A stretch of 64,000 nucleotides of DNA from Chrysomallon squamiferum (lineage: Eukaryota; Animalia; Mollusca): assembly GCA_012295275.1 (NCBI GenBank), contig CM022665.1, positions 19,468,001 through 19,532,000 on the forward strand. The letters run 5' to 3'. The notes under the pieces are model-generated. The model did not search any database. It had not been told where the DNA came from and saw only the letters and a list, made by a program, of their open reading frames with translations. The translations under genes and the position numbers were made by a program. Below, one piece after another: positions 55,201 through 64,000 of this stretch. The first letter of the stretch is position 1. Every line of letters begins with the position of its first letter.

Positions 55201-55499
55201 TATATACATACGTACGCACAAACGGTCTACCCTAGCACAAAAAATCTATAACAAAAAAATATTAAATAAAAAATAAACAGATAAATAAATAAATAACCGT
55301 ATGTGACACCAAAAGTTGCATATTTTTTGTTCTTCATTTGACAAGAAAATTAAATGTTTTATCTTATCATTAAACATACCTGTCAAAACTGTTGTGTTCA
55401 TTATATTTAGAATTTATTAAGATTAAGTTACATATTATACATCTATATATTTTACCTTTTTAAAGACGATATTTTCGATCCAGGTGTTGAAAACGACAT
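44289..55499 (-). CDS. PRR5: Proline-rich protein 5-like / Protor (mTORC2 subunit, HbrB domain); 10 coding exons, 307 aa
   Basis: Exons (minus) 55456-55499, 51891-52016, 50407-50487, 48094-48142, 47776-47833, 47514-47605, 46413-46488, 45628-45692, 45017-45176, 44289-44461(TAA), total 924 nt. The translation SIQVAVVQLFQKKKLKENEL..SLSQTEMGSLIYDYYKDQLLKKGMIILRENIK..LLEMLAEIWNYFFMDILPVLESMLYP..SVRNVTLLEFRNIVLLKVNIEDA..VPPIKQMVLVLQGV..YFKLEKMAARLVIPYLGLRGL parallels PRR5/PRR5L. There is an in-frame stop upstream of the ATG at 55499. Confidence 0.9.
45272..45555. mobile_element. hAT-family MITE in a PRR5 intron
   Basis: TIRs CACTGGTTTTCAACC / GTTTGAAAACCTATG. 8-bp TSD TGTTATAA (45264-45271) / TATTATAA (45556-45563). 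Subterminal GACCCC motifs. Confidence 0.8.
48225..50165 (+). mobile_element. Tigger/pogo DNA transposon with a decayed, internally deleted DDE_1 transposase (TIGD1-like)
   Basis: MAPKR start at 48526. Broken frames give QVFKVDGTGLFSKRMSNRTYIAKEEKAAPGHKA, GENPRALKG..LPVIWRSNKKA, FKALLVLDNA..FLPPNITAFLQPMDQGVIASFKA*YLR. Most of the CENP-B HTH region is missing. Subterminal TCGACTT motifs occur at both ends, and the right end is CTG|TA at 50165. Left boundary approximate. Antisense in a PRR5 intron. Confidence 0.88.
53329..53720 (+). mobile_element. Possible Ginger/KRBA2-like integrase N-terminal remnant
   Basis: RFKELLLAKKASTDEKKEDY..Y*IRILSCGEP..YMYDVI followed by ECQKKKK..KG(T)V resembles the region preceding the integrase core in KRBA2/SCAND3-type proteins. 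Heavily degraded, no termini found. Confidence 0.35.
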
Positions 55500-56177
55500 T
55501 CCACATGAATAACCGATGACACTAGTTTGAATCTTTCACAGTAATTGTTCACTCACATGCAGTTATTATCTTGATGTCCTTCGTGATATTTATTCTCTCT
55601 ATATGAACAATATGGTTCGTTGTCACTTAGTTCGGTTCCGAAGACATTCTGTTTTCAAAGCTAGGAATCCAAATTAGTAAATCTCCATTAATTAAATATT
55701 CTGTGCCTAAAATCTTATTATCTGCGTTAAATTTCATATCCAAAAAGAAAATACCGCGGAGCTAGGACAACGTCTGATGAAAATTTATTTTTAATGTACC
55801 GCAGTCATAACATAAGTGAAGTTTTTATTATTCATCTCCTTCTTGTAGAAACCATGAATACCAAATTCTGACAAATTCGATGTTTATGTAGATATTCAAA
55901 ATGAAACCCAAAATTAAATTATTTGCTGCTACGGTCGTCGTAGTTGTTAATACTGAACACGAAGAAATAACGATAGTTTTATCTCTTGCAAACTAAACGC
56001 TGTCTGAAATGTGGAAAAGAATAATTTTGTAATAGTAACCAAGGTAGTCATTACTTCTGTAACTTTTTTTGTAACTATGTTTTATTTGACGTACTGTTTC
56101 CAAGGCTTCAGTCTTTCTGTTACAAAGGCAGGCTAATAATAGATACATATAATCTGAACATGTATTTTTACAGTGTA

Positions 56178-57359
56178 GGGGAAACTGGGGACCGATGAGC
56201 CATTTTAAAGAGTTTTGGCTATGTCACCCAAATGTTCATATGTTGATTGGAAAACTGTTGATGCTTATAGTGGAATTATTGCTTTCAACAATATCGTTAT
56301 GGGCGACACTTATATAACAGGGTACGTGACCAACGAACCACCCATTGGAGTCCTTTGAGCCACGATCTCAAACAGTGAAACTAGCTAGCAGAAACACACA
56401 TGTAAATCTTTTTTTTAATTCCTGTCAAAATTTCATCTAAATTGCACATACATTGTACTAAACTAAGGAGTGAATTACATTTTCAACACAGTGACCTCAG
56501 TCTAGGGCAAACTTTGCTACTGACTCCATGGTTTCAGTGTAGTTTCAAGAGTCCTAAACTAATGCTGAATCTTATTCAAGATTGAATCCATCAAAATTGC
56601 CACTGAATTGTATGATTCCCTTCTGTCTTTTGGTAGTTTGCACAGCAGGTTCAGCAAGGACATCCAAATCAAATCTGCCTTGACTGAGCTTATGTCTTCC
56701 TGGACAGGTTAACAAATGCACATGACATTGTATGCCTGGGAGAGTTTTTGAGAAACTGGTCTTCGTTATCTTTTGGTTGTGTGATTACTGATGTAGTGAA
56801 CAGTATTCTCTATTAGCTCTGCTGAGAAGTGACCTCAGACTGTCTTCTGTTCTTTCTTCCTAGGCATTCTCTTTATACCAGATTCAGCACTCTAGTCTAT
56901 CTTGAAAAAAGGTTATACCAGTAATTAATTATCTATCAAATAACATTTATTTTATAGCTATACATTCCTTGGAAATGCAGTTGGATCCAATAAGCCACCT
57001 GCCCATGGGACCCAAACATGGCTCATCAAACCCCACAGAAAACGGCTCATTGGTCCCCAACACCACTTTCATTACGTTAGCCCACTGTGCCATAGAAACA
57101 CATGACTGACCAACTAAAACTGAAGTCAAAAGAAATTACTAACAAAATAAACACAAACCTTTACAGGATCTATGAAATATATATTATCACCTTAAAATTA
57201 AACTGTAACCAAAACACAAAAATTACTCACGATAGTCAAAAACCAACTTTTTAATTGTGTATTGATGGACTGCTCCATGAAGGTCACACGGTGAATAGAT
57301 GCCACTACCGTTTTGCAGTCAGAAGTTTATGGGGTGGCTCAAAAGACCCCAATTTCCCC
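56178..57359 (-). mobile_element. Internally deleted pogo-like (psq-HTH) DNA transposon
   Basis: TA|GGGGAAACTGGGGACCGATGAGCCA ... TGGCTCAAAAGACCCCAATTTCCCC|TA. Internal copies of the TGAGCC motif at about 56355, 57020 and 57043. A minus-strand remnant MPRKKEQKTV*GHFSAELIENTV starts at 56867. Confidence 0.75.
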
Positions 57360-57582
57360 TAGTTCTGAATACAATCTAACGGGTTTTTTATTTGTTCCAT
57401 TCTAAGATTAGAACATCGCAGTCTATGTACATTTTTTCTTCTGACATTTGAAACGTACCAGAACTAATTATATTTGACGTTTTTTTGTGGTTATTTTCTC
57501 AAATGTTTATGAAATTTGCAAATAATAGTAGAATCTCAAAATAAAATAAAATAAAATATAAATAAATAAATAAATAAATAAA

Positions 57583-57617
<35 letters not shown>

Positions 57618-57650
57618 CATAATAAATAAAATAATTTAAAAAAAAAAACA

Positions 57651-57654
<4 letters not shown>

Positions 57655-57719
<65 letters not shown>
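57655..57719. repeat. (GA)n microsatellite
   Basis: Uninterrupted GA run of about 65 bp. Confidence 0.95.
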
Positions 57720-57721
<2 letters not shown>

Positions 57722-57800
57722 ATGAAACTGTCATTAACAGTAAAAATAATTTACTGACGGTAGCAAAATAAAATAATTCTGACTTCGTGGCACACATTAC

Positions 57801-57900
57801 TTACCTGACAACTCCAGTTTCACGTTCACAAACGTATTCTCTCTTTAATCAGTTTAATAATAACCAGTCGTCTACATTAATTAATAACTGTCAAGAAACG
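57801..57900 (-). other. Probable 5'-UTR exon donor of the PRR5-like gene
   Basis: Consensus donor CAG|GTAAGT on the minus strand at about 57800-57808. Matching branch point TACTAAT and acceptor TTCCTAG at about 55661-55679, upstream of the ATG exon. Confidence 0.45.
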
Positions 57901-58542
57901 TAGCTACATAAATCTAGTGCTCGATTAATGACAGAACATCCAAAAGAAATAACTTGAAAAATCGGTAATAAAATAGTTGCCTTCAACGCTTTCTTTAAGG
58001 ACTGAACTATGAAGATAAGCGACGTACAAAGTGAAATAAAATGCAATAAAATGAACTAGGTGCTACTCACTCAGTTTATATGTTTATAGATTCTCAAGTC
58101 ATGTGAAATTTACCACCGATACTTTTGAAAACGAAACAGAATAATGAATTCATAATAATTCTGTTGTTAGTTAATGAAATGTTATCTGCTACTGTGTGCG
58201 TGCGTGCGTTCTTCGGGTTTTTTGTTACTCATTTGAGAGTGACACACCTATTTTTTTTTATACTACCAACATTACGAAGGCAATGATTTATGATTCTTTC
58301 ATTTGTCAGTTAGAAGCTCGGGTGTATGTTAAAGTGTTTGATCGATTATATGTATGATGTATGTATTTTGTATCTAACACGTATTATTAAATTTTTGAGC
58401 ACGTTGAATTGGGTGCAGCGAAAAAAAAGAGGAAAATTTAAATGTCTAGTTGATTTTCCTTTTTTAAATGAATATTGAATTTTAGCATAAATAATTTTAT
58501 TCAGTCATATCAGATACTTACAGGAGACAGGGGGAACGTGCA

Positions 58543-58543
<1 letters not shown>

Positions 58544-58617
<74 letters not shown>

Positions 58618-58634
58618 GTAATAATAATAAATAA
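58544..58634. repeat. (AAT)n microsatellite; similar tracts at about 15590, 46590, 49810, 51765, 57580, 59150 and 63600
   Basis: Directly visible trinucleotide runs. Confidence 0.95.
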
Positions 58635-60219
58635 CATGTTTTAAATTTCTAAAAAAATGTTTTATTTATTGGTTTAATCTTTCGATAGATGATAGATATA
58701 TTTCATGAAACTGCCTGAAAATAACAGCATAGCACTTACTTTTTTTTTTCTCACAACCGTTAACTGAACATGTTTAAGTCCCTTGCTTCAACTTGGGGTC
58801 ATATACATGGGTCTAATGATAACGTGGAAATTAGATAAATTCGGCAAAACCCTAATTTTCTCTTTCAGTCCAAGTGGTGACATCTTAAGTGTGAAATCAG
58901 ATCAGGCAAGGGGTAACCACATACAACAGAAACAAAATGATTCTGCTATATCTTTGTTAGGAACACATTTTTCTTAACTGTCTCAAGATGACTGAATTTC
59001 ATCAATTATATAACACACTGTCAGTCATCTTGCCAAGTTGGAAAGAATAAAGAAAGAACGTGTTTTGGAAAAAAAAATTATAAAAAAATTATAAAAAAAA
59101 TTAAATAATGATAATGGTGATAATACTAATGCTAATGCTAATGCTAATGCTAATAATAATAATAATAATAATAATGATAATAAGCTTGATATGAGCAAAT
59201 GTTTTACAGGCATTGATACCTAAAACAGGTTCATGCGCATCGACATACAAACCCAAGTACAAGTCTGTGGCTGAGAATAGGAGCCACCATTTAACACACT
59301 TGGGGATGCTCTTTATTTTCACATAAAATAAAGTTACCAACATATAGTGAAAATTAATGTTGTAGACATATAAAATAACAACTTCAGAGAAATGTCTGCA
59401 TAATCTTGGAAAATGAAAGCACAAACTGCCTATCTCAGGCCCTATCTCCATTGAAATCATGGTAGATATATTTGTTACGATTTATTTTAACTTCTATCAA
59501 TGTTTTGCAAAACAGCCGGAAATTTCAGGATTTTTAAATGTCTCTGAGACCAAAAGTATTATAAAATTATACAGCGTTAATCCTCAATTTGTGATTTTGA
59601 TCTTTACTAAAGATTCTGGGTAAACTGTGATGGGTAACACTAAGCTAGATATATTTTTTAACATGTTCTTTGATTTTAAAATACAGATCATGGATTCTAT
59701 TAAGAATTAGAAAAAGTATGTACAATTCTCCCAAGTATGTTAACAAATCTGTAATAAAGCAGTGGTATTGTCAGATTCATCAGAAGTAAAACAGTTTTGT
59801 TGTAAGAAAGTTTGAAGATTCTGGACTCGAGACAAATGTCCTGCTTAGCATCTACATATAACTAAGGGCAGACAACTGATCTTAATATAGCCTACAGAAC
59901 TGATCTGTTATCAGAAAATAAAATAATTATTACATAATTAAAAATAAAATTTAAAATAAAATTAAAATAAAAATTCTACTTTCATTATTTTTAAATCAGA
60001 TTTATTATCTATTCACTTTACATTGGTTATTTATATTCAGTTCTGGTTTTTTTAAACTGCTGAAACTGTTTTTATTTTTTGAAGTTTTACTTCCACCACA
60101 AACTTGCTAAATATTAGCTGTTTGTAATGTCTATCTGCTATAATCCTTTAAAAATGTCTGTATTATCTCAGTGTCATAGTCAGGGTTTTTTCAAATACAG
60201 ACTACAGATAATGTCCTAT

Positions 60220-63200
60220 TTAATACATGAATTTAAAATCTCTATCCTTATAAGCAACTTCTCCTGCACGGTACTTCTTTTCTCTTTCAGTCTGAAAAAC
60301 AAAAGATACTAATGCTAAAGTTTTAGACTTTTAAACCAATACAAATTTTATGCAGTAGTGCAGTATTAACTTTAATTCTAGATTAGTAAATGAAAGATTA
60401 ATAGAATACTCAGGTCAAACAATATTGCTGTATTCATATTTGTCACTATTACTGTAAATAACTGCTGAATATAAAAAAGTAACACTGGTATATTTTTATT
60501 AAAACAGTGATATTCATTAATCGCTCATTTTGTTGTTTCTTTAACTGTTAAACCGATTATGTATATACTAAATAAACATTTACCTGTTACATACTGCTCA
60601 TAATATTAAGTTTAAATAAGTCATGAAAAATAATATAACAGTAATATTACTTGATGAAAAGCATCATTGTATAGGTGCCACAAAGAATGGCTTAATCAAT
60701 GGCCTTTTTGTAAACTCACCCTTTCTGTTATTACTTTATAGGAAAGGAAGCCAACAGGAAGTACCACAAATAAAAATCCTGTCCACACTGTTTTGGGTGT
60801 TACTTTGAAGTGGTCGTACTGCGTTGCTCGCATTGACATGAAACGCTGAATGGCTGGATCAAACTGAAAATATAGTGAAACAATAATACATTGAACATGA
60901 TGTCCAATAAAATTAAAGACTAAGAGTGAATGAATCATATATTATGTCAGTATTGGTTATTCTTGCAAACACTTGGATTATATTTTAGTTACCATTCAAG
61001 TCAGCCCCATCTAAAAGCAACCCTTGTCCTGTAGTCAGTGACATTAAACACCAACATTAAACAAAGAGTCAAGGCCCATGTACTGGCAAGTTAATTAACT
61101 AACATGGCTGACAATGAATAACCTGATGATGACATTTTTTGCCTTGAAATTCAATAATTAATCCTTGGGTACCAGTTTTGTGTTCACAAAATGGAAAGAC
61201 TTATCTAGCCTACATTTAAGTAAGCCTAAAACCATAAATGATATAGTTTTAACAGGTACAATTTAAATACTTCTCAAATTTAGTAAACATGAAAAAAACA
61301 ATTACAGGTGTGTGCTGAGGTAAAAGTGCAACCTCCTCCATGTATGATATAGTAAGAATTGCTGATGCAATGTTCTTTCTTGTTGGGTTTTTGTAATTTA
61401 AGTAAAACGATGTACAGACATTTTTCTGACTGACTTGGATTTGTTTTCTCCAAAATAAATAATTTTACTGTATTATGTATAACAGCTCCATTAGATATTT
61501 TTAAAGATGGCATCACCCATTTGCAGTTCTGCACAGTGTAAGTAGAGAGTGCTGTTTTTGCATGAATCACAAGTCTGTGAACTGCAATTGCCAAACTGGG
61601 TGTGTTCAAAGAACCTCGTACATAATTTTGGTAATTCAAACATTAAACATCATTCTATGCATATTTGTTTTACAAGCACTGAATCTTTGCAGACCTTCTG
61701 AGATAAAAAAGATGGTGGAGCTGGCACAAATCAGAGTTCTCTTTGGGTTTAAAGAAAAATATTTTTAAAACATAAACATACCTTATGCTTATTATGAGTT
61801 TTATGATGTGCAAAACAAGTTTTATTTATATCCATCAGTGATCTTGATATGTTTGCAATTGTGTTTTAGGAGAAAGCTGCCATGCTTGCTATGGCAATGT
61901 CTGGCCACAATGATTGTTTATTGTGGGTACCGGTGCAGTACTAAAGATTGTAAAATTGTAAATGTTCAAAACTTTGTCTGTAATTTATTTCCCTCTAATG
62001 TGAGGACATCTGTAATACAGGGACACTTTTGCTTGGCCCCATGGATGTCCATACAAGACAAGAACCACTGTTACTGTAGTAAGTATTACTGATGCAACAT
62101 ATTTTCTTGTTGGGTTTCTGCAATTTTAGTAAAATGATAATAATTAATATTTTCAGTGACTGGTGGAATGTCATAGTCTATTCTATACATGGATGATATA
62201 ATACTGGGGTGCTATGGTCTTTCCTATTAATAATGGATAAAGTGAACACTATCAAACATAGTTCACACTGACGAACATTACCATATAAGTTTGGTTTTAA
62301 TCTGAATTGAATATTCAAATGAAAACAATGCAGAAAAGAAGTATTTTAAAAATCTGATGATCTGTCTATGAAGATTATTAGTTTTTTTCTTGAAATGCTA
62401 TCAGTGCTTTAATTAGGTATTTTTCTACATGCATGTGAAATTTAGTAGTATCAGTTGGTTTATGACAGCTTACCTTTTTTAATGAAGAATTATAGTGGGT
62501 ACAAAATGAAACACTATCCTCAAAATCAAAACAGCACAAACTGTATGCATTTAAAACAAATCATTATAGTCTTGTTAGGTTTCATGAACAAAACAGTTCC
62601 TTTTGATTGGAGATTTATTTTTATTCCATCTTTGTCCATTAAATATTTACTGAATGTATGCATGCATAAATGCATGTTTTTGCATTTTCCTACATTATCA
62701 CATGTGTGTTGTTGCAAACTACTTTTTTTTTTTTATCAAATTATTTTCATTCTGCTAGATTGTATTCAATCTTAGAAATGTATGATTACCGTAAGTTCGT
62801 AAATGACCAATCAAACATTTCAGTACATTTTAAAGGACTATTTTAAGCTATTTCCAGTGTTATGAACAAAAACATTTTTTTTTTTTTCTTTTTCTGACGT
62901 ACTTATTACCTGTATAAGAGTAGTTTACATGCAAACACCCATGATGATGATTATTCTGACTGATCTTTTAATTAGTAATAGTTTACAAAATTGTAGATGT
63001 TACCATGATGATGTGACATGAATACAATCTGCAATTATTTGCAGGAATCATTACATAACACCAGACGGTGTTAGGTATTAATTTATTAACAAAAAAGTTG
63101 CATGACTATTTACTAATTTAGTAGTGAAATAAATTATTTCACCTAACGAACGTCTAAAGTGAAGGTCATTGCTTACAACATAACCGCCATCTGAAGCCCC

Positions 63201-63350
63201 TCTGTATGGATTTGTCACTTTTTTCTGCCATTCTGCCTTTAAAGTTGATCGCATCTGCGCGCGTTCTTTGACTGCTTTCATTTCCTCAGGAGAAACATCG
63301 AACATTTTCCAGGGATCCCAAGAACGTTTCGACCCTGAGGACGCAGCCAT
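60220..63350 (-). CDS. NDUFB4: NADH dehydrogenase [ubiquinone] 1 beta subcomplex subunit 4 (B15); 3 exons, 129 aa (131 aa if the ATG at 63356 is used)
   Basis: Exons 63177-63350 (..FDVSPEEMKAVKERAQMRSTLKAEWQKKVTNPYR..GGYV), 60720-60863 (FDPAIQRFMSMRATQYDHFKVTPKT plus TM segment) and 60220-60291 (TEREKKYRAGEVAYKDRDFKFMY*). Phase-0 junctions. AATAAA on the minus strand at 60001-60006. Confidence 0.93.
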
Positions 63351-63595
63351 TTTCATTCACCAAAACTAGTATTGATAATTGTTTCGCTCTTAACCATACT
63401 TTAGCCAGTTTGAAAACAACCAGTCTAGTACTATCCATAAACTACCATAAATATTCATCATTAAAACGAATATGGAATTTATTATTATTATTATTATATC
63501 TTTTTCTTAAATTAAGTGTTTTGGGGGTTATTGGTTTTAAAATGATAAATTGTATTTTTAATATTATTAATGCATTAATATCAGCTATAATTTAA

Positions 63596-63642
<47 letters not shown>

Positions 63643-64000
63643 AACAAAAACAAAATGAAGTAGAAAACCACTTTTCATTTATCTTTGAAAAAAAAAGAAA
63701 AAAAAAAAGTCTTTATCTCCTTTTATTTTATTTACTCCATCTGTAACTGAGTGTAGAGTAGTTCAACTGGTAATCTGTCTCGGATGGCGAATTGCATGGT
63801 CGGCGATCAGTCTGGTTCGGTTCCTTCCAGACTGTTCGGGTTTGTTTGGACTTGAATCGAATGTTTATGTTCGTTTTCATTGTGATAAACCCATGACGTT
63901 ACATGTTATGATATATAAATTCAGTTCTCTATTAATACTAATCAGTAAATAATATGGATAAACCACAAATTATTGCCCATGTTCAGAAACCTGTAACATA

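Noticed and set aside
58760-59660. Repeat-like block between the PRR5-like gene and NDUFB4, including ORFs 59025-59213 and 59101-59460
   Set aside because: The ORFs are driven by (AAT)n/(AATGCT)n microsatellites. A transposon origin is plausible, but I could not define TIRs or a TSD.
1-64000. tRNA, rRNA, CRISPR arrays or prokaryotic operons
   Set aside because: None recognisable. The window is spliced eukaryotic DNA, and most short ORFs in the track are AT-rich noise or exon read-throughs.

Overview
AT-rich, intron-containing eukaryotic genomic DNA. It looks like an invertebrate with short introns, probably a mollusc or other lophotrochozoan, but that is inference from composition, intron size and repeat types. 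Six spliced protein-coding genes could be reconstructed exon by exon with GT-AG boundaries and continuous reading frames: the 3' part of DDX10 (+), TALDO1 (+), SVIP (-), inscuteable INSC (+), a PRR5/Protor-like gene (-) and NDUFB4 (-). Between DDX10 and TALDO1 lies a disrupted galectin-like gene (-). Its sugar-binding motif is hidden in a shifted frame between two compensating frameshifts. A decayed DUF4806/BEN-like transposon-associated gene lies just upstream of it on the opposite strand. Introns carry many mobile-element relics: a LINE ORF1/endonuclease fragment, Tigger/pogo copies, Tc2/pogo, hAT and long-TIR MITEs (one with AGGTCA arrays), and a MITE that resembles mammalian Tigger4/MER46. 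I found no tRNA, rRNA or CRISPR, and no clear evidence for a wholly new biological system. The best leads are listed under findings.
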